Below, piece by piece: positions 9,255 through 20,158 of a DNA stretch of 64,000 nucleotides. The notes beneath the pieces were generated by a model, which saw nothing but the letters and a program-made list of their open reading frames with translations, ran no database searches and was not told the origin of the DNA. Positions within the stretch are counted from its first letter, which is position 1. The number at the start of each line of letters is the position of its first letter. The stretch is from an uncultured Gammaproteobacteria bacterium (lineage in GTDB: Bacteria > Cyanobacteriota > Vampirovibrionia > JBFMGH01), in the NCBI GenBank assembly GCA_964517135.1, contig CAZFBA010000003.1, positions 140,863 to 204,862 on the forward strand, read 5' to 3'. A program made the position numbers and the translations under genes.

Positions 9255-10547
9255 CTAGCCAGTCAAAATGCCGGCGATAGTAGCAGACATATAAGATGCC
9301 AGCGTGCCGCAGATAAGGGCTCTTATACCGAGTATAGCCAGGTCTCTTTTTCTTGATGGGGCAATTTCTCCTATACCGCCTATCTGAATAGCTATAGAGC
9401 CAAAATTAGCAAATCCACAAAGGGCAAAAGTAGCTATTACAATGGCTTTATGAGAAAGCACAATATCGGCAGTACCTTCAAGTATGCTGGAAAGTTGCAG
9501 GTAGGCAACAAATTCAGTTGCCACCATCTTTGTGCCCATAAGTCCTGCTACTGCAAGAATATCGCCCTGAGGTACTCCCATAACAAAGGCCATCGGTGCA
9601 AAGATAACCCCTAAAAGTTTATCCAGCTTCAGGTTATTGAGGTCAAGCCCAATAGCGGTAAGATTAAGGCCCATTCCAGCAAGCCCTGATCCGACCAGGC
9701 CCAGAGCCCAGTCAATCATAGCAATAATAGCCAGAAAGCCAATCAGCATAGCAATGACGTTAATAGCAATACGCATACCGTCAGAGCAACCGTGAGCAGC
9801 AGCATCTATTATATTGGATCCTGATTTTTCAACGTGAATTTTAACTTCGCCTTTTGTTTCAGATTCTTTCGTTTCGGGGTAAACAATTTTAGATATAACA
9901 AGAGCCCCGGGGGCAGCCATCAAGCTTGCTGCCAGCAGATATTCTGCCGGTATTCCCATAGAGATATAAACAGCCATAACTCCACCGGCGATACAGGCCA
10001 TTGACCCTGACATAGAAGCAAGCAATTCAGACATAGTCATACCCGGCACATATGGTCTGATCATAATTTGTGCTTCAACCTGCCCTACAAAAATACTTGC
10101 CGCATTGGATAACGCCTCAGACCCGCTAACACCCATCAGCTTAAAGACTATTTTAGCCACTACAGCAACCACTCTTTGCATTATACCCAGATAATATAAA
10201 ATATTTACCAGAGAACATACAAATATAATGGTAGGGGCAATCTTAAAGGCAAATATAAGTCCATTATCAGGACCAAATACCTCGGCCAGAAATTGTGGCT
10301 TGGCCAGTACACCAAAAACAAACTCTGCACCCTGATCAGAGAAGTTCAATAGCATAGATATAAACTGCCCCAGCTTTAAGAAAAGCCACTGACCAATATA
10401 ACTTTTGAGTATAAACAGCGCCAGACACCACTGCAATATCAATCCTACAATGACTAAACGTGGATTTATTGCTTTACGATTATTTGAAAGTGCATAGGCT
10501 ATGCCAAGTATAACTGCTATGCCTATTAAACCCATAAACCTTTCCAA
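9255..10547 (-). CDS. nupC: NupC/CNT-family concentrative nucleoside transporter
   Basis: Polytopic membrane protein with typical NupC N-terminus (MERFMGLIGIAVILGIAYALS...) and conserved core; TTG start with an AGGAG SD. An alternative ATG start lies at 10535. Confidence 0.85.
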   Translation of the reverse strand: MERFMGLIGIAVILGIAYALSNNRKAINPRLVIVGLILQWCLALFILKSYIGQWLFLKLGQFISMLLNFSDQGAEFVFGVLAKPQFLAEVFGPDNGLIFAFKIAPTIIFVCSLVNILYYLGIMQRVVAVVAKIVFKLMGVSGSEALSNAASIFVGQVEAQIMIRPYVPGMTMSELLASMSGSMACIAGGVMAVYISMGIPAEYLLAASLMAAPGALVISKIVYPETKESETKGEVKIHVEKSGSNIIDAAAHGCSDGMRIAINVIAMLIGFLAIIAMIDWALGLVGSGLAGMGLNLTAIGLDLNNLKLDKLLGVIFAPMAFVMGVPQGDILAVAGLMGTKMVATEFVAYLQLSSILEGTADIVLSHKAIVIATFALCGFANFGSIAIQIGGIGEIAPSRKRDLAILGIRALICGTLASYMSATIAGILTG

Positions 10548-11093
10548 TTTTAATACTCCTAGAAGTTATGTTCCCCGTTAATATGACACATTGAAGATTT
10601 TAGAGTACTATATAATCTATGTTGTGTCAGAATAAAAAAATAATTTCCATTATTATCTTAAAAGCATCCCTTTGGTGTCAGCAAAAATTTATCTTTCTGT
10701 CATAAATATTTAACGTTGTAAATAATGTAGTTTCATTTTTAACACAACTTCAAACCGGCCTCGGCCTATTAAAAGTTAAATATACTGACCGAAAGAACGA
10801 TTTTTAATATTCTTTCTTAAAAACAGTGGGTAGTTTTCTTTTTTTTAAGTATTATGTAAGTAATAAGGCTTTAATAGTATCCTGCATAACCTTTCATAAA
10901 TTCTAACAGGATATAAATATTTGAATCAATAATGCGTGAGCACAGCTGCGAAGCAGCAGGTGAACCCGCCAAAGGCAACCCACCTCATCCCCTCTTTGAA
11001 AGTGTAAGGTGGATTATATAGATGTAAAGGACATAACTAATTATATGAAGTTGTATGATTTAATGTTAATAAGAGATTCAGGAGAAAATATAA

Positions 11094-14000
11094 ATGAAAA
11101 TGATTAAGTTTTTATATGTATTGGTTATATTAACCCTTGTCATAATAACCGGAACCACAGCTTCTTTCTCTCAAAGCGCCCGAAAAATACTTGAAGTACC
11201 ATACTATATGCAGGATAACGGCCCGGATTGCTGGGCTGCATCGCTATTAATGATAACCAGTGCTGTAAGTCCGAAAACAGACAACAACATACTCAAAGTA
11301 GTCCAGAACGCAGGCGAACAGGACGGTATCGCAACAAGATCTATAGAAGGACACAGTGGTTTCATAGCAGAGGCTACCAGAAGAACCGGTATAGCACCAA
11401 GAACGACAACATACTGGTCAGGTACCAATACTGTATCTTCAATAGCAGGCCATATTAAAAGAATCATAGACAATAACAGGCCGGTTATGTTCTGTTCAAC
11501 TAATGCACTGGGAAGCTCAACAAGTGGACACTGCCTTGTCATAGTTGGCTATGACGGAGATAACACCTTTTATGTTAACGACCCGATAGGCTATGCTAAC
11601 AATATCAATCAGAGAAGGCCATACAGTAAAATATTTACTTCTAATGCCAGCTATGCCGTGGTAGAAATACCTAAAGATATGTCTGCCAACAGAAATCTTG
11701 TTTCTGCCAGAATTATAAACGATGCAATAACTTTTATTAAACCTAAAACCAGTTCATCAAATACTACTTCTATTTCTTACAAACTACATCGTACAAACCC
11801 TGATACATATGTATTTATTGACGATTCAGGAAGCCCTGTAAAGTCAATAGCTTCCGGTTATGACGTTTTATCACTGGAAGAAGGCAGTGCATTTCTTCTT
11901 GCTAACTCTTCAAACAGTTCTAAAACAGTCAAAATAACTGTGGAGATTCAACGAAAAGATAAATCAAAAAAGCTTAAAACTATTACTATGTTTAAAACAT
12001 TGCTGTCCAGTACCAATACTAACCTTGGTAACAGGCTTTCAGACAAGCTGTCAATCTATGAGTTAAGAGATAAGAATAATACTGTTGATTGTGAAATGGT
12101 ATTTACCTTCTCTGATACAGATACAAATAAAATCTATCATAAAGATACCTTCAATTTTAAGCTGGAACCAGATACCACAGAGGTAAAACTCAAAGCAGAA
12201 CAGAAGCAAGATAACCTCTATAAACTGGAAGTTACTTCTGATAACCTGCCAGATCAAATCAAACTCTGTTATACTGTTAAACACAGCAATATAAAGCCTG
12301 ATGAACCTCCATGCACCACTGATAACCCTTTTGAGTATAGATTTGTCAGAGAAGGTTACTACAGTGTAAGCGTTAAGGTCTATCAGCTTGTGCGAACACG
12401 CCTTCTGGAAAAACAGTACGAAACAAAAGAGTTCCTCTTTGGAGAAGCTGAAACCCGTTTAAGGGTAGATAAAGAAGTAAACATCAAATATTCTGAAAAA
12501 GACGGAGAATACTCATTTGAAGCAACGTCTAATATTCCTTTTAATACTGCTGAATGGAAGATTAAAGACTTTAATACCGGACAGATAACAGCATTAAATG
12601 ATAATACTGCCACTATAACACATAAATTTACTGCCGACGGATATTACGATATTACTGTACTTACAAAAGATCCTAAAGATAAGCCTCTTGCAGAATGTAC
12701 AGAAAGAATAGAAGTTAAAGGAGCACAAACAACTGATCAGATTGACGAAGCCTTTAAAAATCGTGATTATAAAACAATTCTCAAATTGATAAGCGGTAAT
12801 AAAAATGCCGAACAGGTGAAAAAAGGTGTTGAATATCTTCATACCATTGCAGATGAATTTCTGACAAAAGATAAAGCCCTGCTGGAAAAGTTTGTTAAAC
12901 TCCAAAGAGAAGATTATCATACATTTCAACAGACTTATGAGAAATATGATCTTGAAAAGAAACAACTGTCACTGGATAATAAAAACGGTAAAAATAATGA
13001 AGCTATAGCCAGTTTAAATAAATGCCTTGATTCACTCTATAAGGCACGTGAAGAGCAGAAAACAAAGATTGAAGATTCTATAAAAGCTATCAATGAAGCG
13101 ATTAATGCCCTTGATGAATATTATTCAAAAATTAATCCTGATGATGACATTACAAAAGAACTGCCACAGGTTTACAGGTTCGATTTAAGCAAAAATATTA
13201 AGTCAAAGCTGGAGTTTGATCCTGATAAAACACTGGAAGCCTATGATTATAAAGCTCTGTGTATTGATGATAGCGCTACCGACGATGATAATGATGTTAA
13301 AGTAACTCTTAAAGCCACTAAAAAGAATGCAAAAGCAAATGAACGTGTTTCATTAACAGCTAAAATAGAAAATGCACCCTGCTCAGGAAATGCCCTCAAG
13401 CTCAGCTGGAGCAATAATGCTGCCGGTATCAGTGGTTTTGACGGAGTATTTGTTGCCAGCACACCCGGTAGCTATTCACCTGCTGTCAGTGCAAGCTGTA
13501 ACGGAAAATCAATTGGGTCAAGTTCCATATCAATAAAAGTCACCGGAGGGGCTACAGGTCAAATAATCGGCCTTGAGGAGAATCAAGTATTTTTTGGCTC
13601 TGAAAAGCTCATTAAACTTCAAACAGATCTAATTAAACCGGCTGAAGTTGATAATAGCTGTAAAAACAATCCTGATAACCCTTTTTGTGTTGATACTACG
13701 CATTCAGGTACAATTAAACCTGTAAATACTGGCAATACAGAGAAAATATTTATACCGGATCCTGATAATGAAGATATAGTGGAACCAGAAGAATTTCCAT
13801 ATCTTGTACGCTGGGATTCAAACAGAAACCTAACCTTTGACCCCCAGGAAATTCAAGGATATTACAATGCTAATTTCAACACCAGAGTGACATTTGACAG
13901 AATTGAAAACCCTGTAAAGATCTGGGCTGAGATACTTCAATATAAAGATGGTAGCTATGAAACAATAGGAGAGTCTGATCTCATAGAAATAGAGGTGATA

Positions 14001-17000
14001 CCACCACAGTTTTCAATGATATTTGATCCCACACAAGATAGAGTTCTTGTAGGAGAGGATGTTACTGTTGCTGTAACAGCAAATCCGCACGTTAAAGATA
14101 GTCTTATCGATTATCGCTGGGTAGAACCCACCAGCAGAAAAGAAATCAGTAATGGCAAAATTTCTTTTAATCCAAAAGATACTAAAACAGTCAATCTACA
14201 CGTCATAGCACGTGTTCCGCACTACGGAGATGTAATAGATGACAATATAAAAGATCAGTTTACTCCTGGAGAACACCTGGTAACAGCACGCCTCATAGGT
14301 CCCAAGTTTGATCAAGACTCTCAAGAATGGAGTACAGCAGACAGAGGACTGGTTACGAAGAAACCAAAACTCGTGACAGGGCAGGCTATACTGGCAGATG
14401 TTACGACACAGGGTATTGAGAAAGAAAATATCAACTACGAATGGAGCTCTAATGAAGGATGCAGCATAGACTCAGTTAGATCAAGTGATGTTGTTACTGT
14501 CAGCAGAAGCACACCGGGTGTATGTACCCTGTCTGTTATAGCCAGAAATAAAGATAAAAACAAACTCGGAAGTGACGAAATTAGTTTCAGTATAGAAGAA
14601 CAAGATTCAGGATTAATAACTCCGCCTGATGACAAAACAAAAGAAGATGACTCCAGGCAAAAACAGGAGCAGGAAGAAGAAAAGCAACGTCAAAATGAAC
14701 AAAAACAACAGGAAGAAAAGAAAAAAGAAGCAAATGAAGCTATAAAAGCCGCTGAAGAAGAGGCAGCTAAAGGCAATTTTGAAGAAGCTGTCAGGCAGGC
14801 TGATAAAGCTGCCGAACTGGATCCTGATAATACTACAATAACAGAAACATTAATTGCTATAAAAGAAAAACAGAAAGAAACTTCTATTAGGATAGAAGAA
14901 ATTGAGGATCACATCAAAAACGAAGATTTTGAAGAGGCAAAAAAAGAAATTGCACAAGTAGAAAGCAATTTGCCGGGCAGCTCTGTTTCAAAAGACCTGA
15001 AAGAAAAGCTCTCAACGGCAAAAAATAGCTTTATACAGAAATCAACTGAAAATTCAAAAGCTAATATTAAAAAAGGTCAGCTAGAAGAAGCTATTAAAAG
15101 TCTGGAAAAAGCAAGCCAGCTTGACCCTGATAATAAGGAACTTAAAGACCTTTTAACCAAAACCAGGCAGGATAAACAGAAAATTTCCGGGTTAAATGAG
15201 CAGTTCCAAAAAGCTATGAACGAAGGAGATTATGTTAAGGCTGATAAAATACTAAAGGAAATGAAGACAATCAGTCATTATGATCCTGAAGTTCAGTCAG
15301 CAAATACTTCTTTAAGCAAACAATCATTCACTAAGCGTGCTGAATTGACCAATGAACTAAATAATATTAATAAGCTGGCTGGCCAAGGTAATATAGAACA
15401 GGCTATATCGAAGGCAGAAACACTTCTTACAGAAGCTCAAAAAGTAAACTATGGTGAAGGAATTACGGCTGATGCCAGAAGCCTGTTAAATGATCTTAAA
15501 AATAAAAAATCTATGTGCGATAGATACATAGCTGAAGCTGAAAGACTAATAGCAGAAGGCTATTATGATAATGCTAAAACATATTTAGACAGTGCAAGAA
15601 CAGCTTTACCAAAATATAAACCTGTTTTAGACCTGGAAGCAAAACTGAACGAGATATTTAATAAGAGAAATGCAATATTAGCAAAGCAAAAAGAGCTGAT
15701 TCAACAGGCCAATGATGAAATTCGTATCTGCAACTATGATCAGGCTGCAGACCTTGCAAATCAAGCTAAAGCCCTGAACCCTGATAATAAGGATATTGAA
15801 ATAGCAGCCTATAATGTTAATAATAAGCACACAATTTTCATGCAGGATGTAGACAGGGCAAGATTATTATTTGATAGAGGTGATATTGATCTTGCCAAAA
15901 AGGAATTGACCAAGCATGCTTCTTATTGTTCTGATAACAGTGCTTATATTGCTGTCAACGATATGATAGATAACTATTATCAGTCTAAAAATAATGAGTT
16001 AGCAGCTAAAATAGCTGAACTTAAAGCATTATTGAATGCCAGAGAGTATACAAAAGTTTCTGATCTCGCAAAAGAGGTCAGAAGTCAATATTCTCCTATC
16101 GGGCAGCAGCAACTGGATATAAATGAACTGGAATCTCAGGCAATTAAGAAACTAAGCAATAAAAAAGGAGCCATAAATTACTTTAATATAGCTCAGACAC
16201 ACTTTATACAGTATAACTATGAAGGCTGCCTCAAGCAATTAGACATACTTGATAACCAGTATCCTGATTGCTGGGAACCTTCAGATGAATGGCCTGACCG
16301 TATAGCTGCTCTGAGAGCTGATGCCAGAGAAAAATTAAACAGGGTTAACATTTTGACCCCACAGGTTAAAAAAGCTGTTGAAAGCAGCAATTTAACCCTA
16401 AATGACCTTAAAAAAGCCTATGAGCAAAGTTTAGAACTATGTAGTTTAAGCCCAAATGATCTTAACTATAGTTCATACAGAAATACACTTCAACTTAAAC
16501 TTTCTCAGGCAGAGCAAAGATCCAGTCAGGAAATTGCTAAAGCCTACAGTGAATTTAAAAAAGCTGAGGATGCTTACAATCTGAATAAATTAGGTGAGGC
16601 TGTCAGGATATTCGGAGAAACTTTTGAGAAATATGACAGCATTCTGGATAAAAATGACCCTCAATATAAGCATTATAAAGCAGCAGCACAAAATGCTCTA
16701 TCTGCTTATGATTCTTATGAAAAGTTTACACGTGATTACAATGATGTATTGAGTTCTTTTGAGGGAGAATTTGATATTAAAAAACTGAATAAAAACTTTC
16801 TGAAAAGGTTACGAGAAGCCATATACACTATAATAACTATCTCACCGAATAAACAGCTTGCCAGACAAACTTTTGGAAATCAATTAGAAACAAGTGCAAA
16901 TCAGTTTGAAAATCTGATGAAACAACAGATTGATCAGTGTAAAATAGCACCGCTAAGCAAAACAAAGAATGAGATTATTGATATATGTACGCTGGCAAAC

Positions 17001-18248
17001 CAGTTTGACCCGGATGACAATGAAGTACAAAACATCTTAAAACGAGCACGCTCAACAACAGATAGTTACACAACATCAGCTACTTCAAAGCCTTCAACAC
17101 CTTCTGTATATTCTCCACCATCAGAAACAAAAATATCTGATAATGGAAATATTGCAGGCTGCGGATTTACAGATACAGCCAGGTTTGCAATACAAAGACC
17201 AAGTGCTGTAAACAAAATAGAAGTATGGTATAAATGGGAGGAGAATCAAACCTCTCTACCATACCTGTTTCACGAACCTTCAGGGAATGTGGTTCGAGGA
17301 GTATTCACCAGAACAGGCTGTGACCCTTACCAGAAGAGCTGGTGCACAGGTTCTGACAACTTGAATAAAGTGCTTCAACCCGGCAATTATGCTGTTACAG
17401 TTCAACCAGGAAGGATCTGTCAGAATTCAGGTACCGGGGGCAACGGCACCATAAGAGTATACGCAGGGCCATTTACGCAGAAAAAACCTGATAGTTATGT
17501 TCCTCCTGTTGCTTCATCTCAAGCAAAAGCTTCTACCCCCTATACTCAAACTTCTGGCGCACCTTTTGATGGTCATTACAGGGGTACATGTAGAATTTAC
17601 AGCGCAACAGGAAACTGTACTATAACCCTTGACATCAAAAACAATTCTGTAAGTGGCGCTATCAACGCTACCATTGAAGGTGATAACGTAACAGGAAGAT
17701 TTTCAGGTAAAGTAACTCCGCCCGGTCCTCAGTACAGCCAGGCATCAGCTCCTGTTAATGCAACTATTACCAGTGGTACAATAAAGGACAATACACTTAA
17801 TACTACGGTAAGCTTTACAGGTAAACTTAAAGGTACTGTCTATACCAAAATTAATAAGGCCAGTGGAGATATAAGCATAATTGTTAGCGGGTCATCAGGT
17901 GGGCCTAAAGGAGAATGGCAGGTATTTAAACAGGGAACTTCTGTATCCACTGCTACAAGTAAACCTGTTCAATCTGCACCAAAGCAAATATCAGTTATTT
18001 TTCAAAATTATTCATCAATGCCGGTTCATTTCTACGCTGCAAACGGAAGCTGTGCACCTAACAACAAAGTATTATCAGGAGGAAGAAAACAGCTTAACCT
18101 TAAAGCATCTTCTATGGCAACATCTTTACACATAGGCAGAAATGGTCAAACAATAGGCACAATTAATTTACCGTTAACCGGTCTGTCTAATGGCCAGCAA
18201 GTCTATTTAATACTGGATAAAAACGGCAGGTTTTACCGATCGAGGTAG
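11094..18248 (+). CDS. giant (2384 aa) secreted multidomain protein: N-terminal papain-like/C39-like cysteine peptidase domain, central spaced TPR-like and coiled-coil region, Ser/Thr/Gly-rich beta-type C-terminal region
   Basis: AGGAG SD and signal peptide (MKMIKFLYVLVILTLVIITGTTASFSQSA). Peptidase_C39-like catalytic motifs (YYMQDNGPDCWAASLLM with Cys; SGHCLVIVGYDGDNTFYVNDP with His). Repeated TPR-type A..LDPDN/LNPDN/FDPDD signatures at roughly regular spacing between residues 1250 and 1990. Lys/Glu/Gln low-complexity tract around 14.64-14.76 kb. Confidence 0.85.
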   Translation: MKMIKFLYVLVILTLVIITGTTASFSQSARKILEVPYYMQDNGPDCWAASLLMITSAVSPKTDNNILKVVQNAGEQDGIATRSIEGHSGFIAEATRRTGIAPRTTTYWSGTNTVSSIAGHIKRIIDNNRPVMFCSTNALGSSTSGHCLVIVGYDGDNTFYVNDPIGYANNINQRRPYSKIFTSNASYAVVEIPKDMSANRNLVSARIINDAITFIKPKTSSSNTTSISYKLHRTNPDTYVFIDDSGSPVKSIASGYDVLSLEEGSAFLLANSSNSSKTVKITVEIQRKDKSKKLKTITMFKTLLSSTNTNLGNRLSDKLSIYELRDKNNTVDCEMVFTFSDTDTNKIYHKDTFNFKLEPDTTEVKLKAEQKQDNLYKLEVTSDNLPDQIKLCYTVKHSNIKPDEPPCTTDNPFEYRFVREGYYSVSVKVYQLVRTRLLEKQYETKEFLFGEAETRLRVDKEVNIKYSEKDGEYSFEATSNIPFNTAEWKIKDFNTGQITALNDNTATITHKFTADGYYDITVLTKDPKDKPLAECTERIEVKGAQTTDQIDEAFKNRDYKTILKLISGNKNAEQVKKGVEYLHTIADEFLTKDKALLEKFVKLQREDYHTFQQTYEKYDLEKKQLSLDNKNGKNNEAIASLNKCLDSLYKAREEQKTKIEDSIKAINEAINALDEYYSKINPDDDITKELPQVYRFDLSKNIKSKLEFDPDKTLEAYDYKALCIDDSATDDDNDVKVTLKATKKNAKANERVSLTAKIENAPCSGNALKLSWSNNAAGISGFDGVFVASTPGSYSPAVSASCNGKSIGSSSISIKVTGGATGQIIGLEENQVFFGSEKLIKLQTDLIKPAEVDNSCKNNPDNPFCVDTTHSGTIKPVNTGNTEKIFIPDPDNEDIVEPEEFPYLVRWDSNRNLTFDPQEIQGYYNANFNTRVTFDRIENPVKIWAEILQYKDGSYETIGESDLIEIEVIPPQFSMIFDPTQDRVLVGEDVTVAVTANPHVKDSLIDYRWVEPTSRKEISNGKISFNPKDTKTVNLHVIARVPHYGDVIDDNIKDQFTPGEHLVTARLIGPKFDQDSQEWSTADRGLVTKKPKLVTGQAILADVTTQGIEKENINYEWSSNEGCSIDSVRSSDVVTVSRSTPGVCTLSVIARNKDKNKLGSDEISFSIEEQDSGLITPPDDKTKEDDSRQKQEQEEEKQRQNEQKQQEEKKKEANEAIKAAEEEAAKGNFEEAVRQADKAAELDPDNTTITETLIAIKEKQKETSIRIEEIEDHIKNEDFEEAKKEIAQVESNLPGSSVSKDLKEKLSTAKNSFIQKSTENSKANIKKGQLEEAIKSLEKASQLDPDNKELKDLLTKTRQDKQKISGLNEQFQKAMNEGDYVKADKILKEMKTISHYDPEVQSANTSLSKQSFTKRAELTNELNNINKLAGQGNIEQAISKAETLLTEAQKVNYGEGITADARSLLNDLKNKKSMCDRYIAEAERLIAEGYYDNAKTYLDSARTALPKYKPVLDLEAKLNEIFNKRNAILAKQKELIQQANDEIRICNYDQAADLANQAKALNPDNKDIEIAAYNVNNKHTIFMQDVDRARLLFDRGDIDLAKKELTKHASYCSDNSAYIAVNDMIDNYYQSKNNELAAKIAELKALLNAREYTKVSDLAKEVRSQYSPIGQQQLDINELESQAIKKLSNKKGAINYFNIAQTHFIQYNYEGCLKQLDILDNQYPDCWEPSDEWPDRIAALRADAREKLNRVNILTPQVKKAVESSNLTLNDLKKAYEQSLELCSLSPNDLNYSSYRNTLQLKLSQAEQRSSQEIAKAYSEFKKAEDAYNLNKLGEAVRIFGETFEKYDSILDKNDPQYKHYKAAAQNALSAYDSYEKFTRDYNDVLSSFEGEFDIKKLNKNFLKRLREAIYTIITISPNKQLARQTFGNQLETSANQFENLMKQQIDQCKIAPLSKTKNEIIDICTLANQFDPDDNEVQNILKRARSTTDSYTTSATSKPSTPSVYSPPSETKISDNGNIAGCGFTDTARFAIQRPSAVNKIEVWYKWEENQTSLPYLFHEPSGNVVRGVFTRTGCDPYQKSWCTGSDNLNKVLQPGNYAVTVQPGRICQNSGTGGNGTIRVYAGPFTQKKPDSYVPPVASSQAKASTPYTQTSGAPFDGHYRGTCRIYSATGNCTITLDIKNNSVSGAINATIEGDNVTGRFSGKVTPPGPQYSQASAPVNATITSGTIKDNTLNTTVSFTGKLKGTVYTKINKASGDISIIVSGSSGGPKGEWQVFKQGTSVSTATSKPVQSAPKQISVIFQNYSSMPVHFYAANGSCAPNNKVLSGGRKQLNLKASSMATSLHIGRNGQTIGTINLPLTGLSNGQQVYLILDKNGRFYRSR

Positions 18249-18600
18249 GCTACAAATACGTTACTCATATATATGTTTACTAATCACAATTATGGCTGAA
18301 TTGATATTTGTAACTTCAGAGGGGCCTGCAAGAATGCTTTCAAAGAGAGATTGTTCTATTGTAATACCAGCGCAGTAATATCAGGGGCAAGGCTCAACGG
18401 CAATAAAAGTGATCTGATTTGCCAGACGACTTCTCTCAACTTCCAATATAAAAACGCCAAAAGGTGCATGAAATAAGGAAAGTTTATTTTTTTAGGGCAC
18501 TTCATTTGCCTCAAAAAAAATTTTCCAGCTATTATTGATTCTTAGCGATCTACTACATTTGTCTTATCGTAAGTCAGGAGAAACCTCCGCTGGCAGCCAT

Positions 18601-18637
18601 CCCCTAAGCCCCCTGTGAGGGGGTTGGGGGTTGATCT
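18601..18637. repeat. GC-rich nested hairpin in an AT-rich spacer (REP-like)
   Basis: cccctaa gccccc tgtga ggggg tt gggg: inner 5-bp G/C stem with an outer C4/G4 stem; it stands out against the surrounding AT-rich sequence. Confidence 0.4.
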
Positions 18638-18945
18638 CAATATGAGATGATATTTTTATCTACCTTTCTTTAAAATACAATTGTTAAAAATACGCCAGAT
18701 TTCTTAATATAAGTTTATTTCTGATTACCAGAAACGTAAAATTTTATTACTTCGATTTTCCAAAAAAAAATATGTTTTTAATGCATCTTTTTGTGATAAA
18801 TAGTAATAATATAATAAATTTCTCTTATTGCTATTATATTTTTACTATTAAATCGATTATAAACTCTTTATAAGGTTACCATTGAAATTGTCTATAATAT
18901 ATTGTACAGGTAATAATAAGAAAGATTATTTTCGGGCGTTTTAAT

Positions 18946-19422
18946 TTGAAAAATACTGATATCAGAAGAATTTTACACTTATCGGGTCTGAGCCTGATAG
19001 AAGTACTAATATCATTGCTGTTACTATCGGTTGTAGCAGCATTCGTTGCTCTTTCTATCCCTACATCTGCGGGTCTTTCAACTGCTACTGATGATATGGA
19101 AATTACTACGGCACTGGCACAGAAATACATTGAAGATGTCAAAGTTGCTTATACTAACGATACACAAAAGTTTAAAGATCTTCAAAATGGTACTATTAGT
19201 TCGACTGAGCCTATAACAATTGAATCAAAACATACTAATAACAATGAATATTCTTTAACGGCAAACACACAACAACTGGGCTTCGTTGACATAAATGGAG
19301 AAACTGTTTTAAGCCTTTTTGAGCTCACTGTTACCGTTGCCCCTATTGCAAATGGTTCTCCTGATTTAGACTCTAGCCAGGCGGTCACTATAACAGCAAC
19401 CGTCAGAAGAGGTAGTAATTGA
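18946..19422 (+). CDS. prepilin-type N-terminal cleavage/methylation domain protein (minor pilin/pseudopilin)
   Basis: Leader ending in G followed by LSLIEVLISLLLLSVVAAF, the canonical G|xxxxE prepilin peptidase site with Glu at +5. TTG start downstream of a TATAAT box. Overlaps the next gene by 4 nt. Confidence 0.7.
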   Translation: MKNTDIRRILHLSGLSLIEVLISLLLLSVVAAFVALSIPTSAGLSTATDDMEITTALAQKYIEDVKVAYTNDTQKFKDLQNGTISSTEPITIESKHTNNNEYSLTANTQQLGFVDINGETVLSLFELTVTVAPIANGSPDLDSSQAVTITATVRRGSN

Positions 19423-20138
19423 GAAACAACAATGGTTTAAACCTTCTTGAGATATTGATAACAATGGTAATTGTTGCTGTCATCTTTTTACCTATGATTG
19501 ACATGCTTAATACTGCATTTGTGGCTGAATATAAAAACCGTATGAACGTTCAGGCTAAAGAAGCAAGAGAAAATGCTTTGAGCAGAATGACTTCAATACT
19601 TAAAGAAGCTTCTCGCATTGCTGATGGGCCTGTTACCATTAAAACTGAAAAAGGAACCCATTCTATTTCTTCTGGAAATATGGCTGTCATTGCTTATGTA
19701 CCGGTCTATGATAAATATACTCACGAGGTCAGCCAGAGCGGAGGACAAACTGAGTTTAATGGCTTCGCTTATGCCCTTATTCCTGAAACTGATTACTTTG
19801 ATAACGGTACTAGCGGAAAATACGTTATGGTTGAAGCCAGTATCAATACTTATTGCACACCTTCAGAAACTTCTGATTTTAAACCTGATAGTGATTGCGT
19901 TACAGACTGGTCTTCAGGGCAGACAAATGTTTTGTTTGAAGGGGCTATGCCTGCACTGATGCCTGTTTATGACTCTCCTTTTTCACTAAGCTCTTCTAAT
20001 GATGTTGATTATGACAATATTGAAGTAGCTTTTGGTGTTAAAGATGGTATTGTATATTACCCATCAACAAGTGGAACCAGCTTAACAGAAGATAAAATTC
20101 AATCTATAAATATATTTTGCAGAAGTGTAACTTTTTAA
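19419..20138 (+). CDS. prepilin-type N-terminal cleavage/methylation domain protein (minor pilin/pseudopilin)
   Basis: MRNNNG|LNLLEILITMVIVAVIF: short basic leader, Gly at -1, Glu at +5; TTG start with a GAGGT SD; translationally coupled to the previous gene. Confidence 0.75.
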   Translation: MRNNNGLNLLEILITMVIVAVIFLPMIDMLNTAFVAEYKNRMNVQAKEARENALSRMTSILKEASRIADGPVTIKTEKGTHSISSGNMAVIAYVPVYDKYTHEVSQSGGQTEFNGFAYALIPETDYFDNGTSGKYVMVEASINTYCTPSETSDFKPDSDCVTDWSSGQTNVLFEGAMPALMPVYDSPFSLSSSNDVDYDNIEVAFGVKDGIVYYPSTSGTSLTEDKIQSINIFCRSVTF

Positions 20139-20158
20139 TCATAAAGAGAGGAAAGAGT

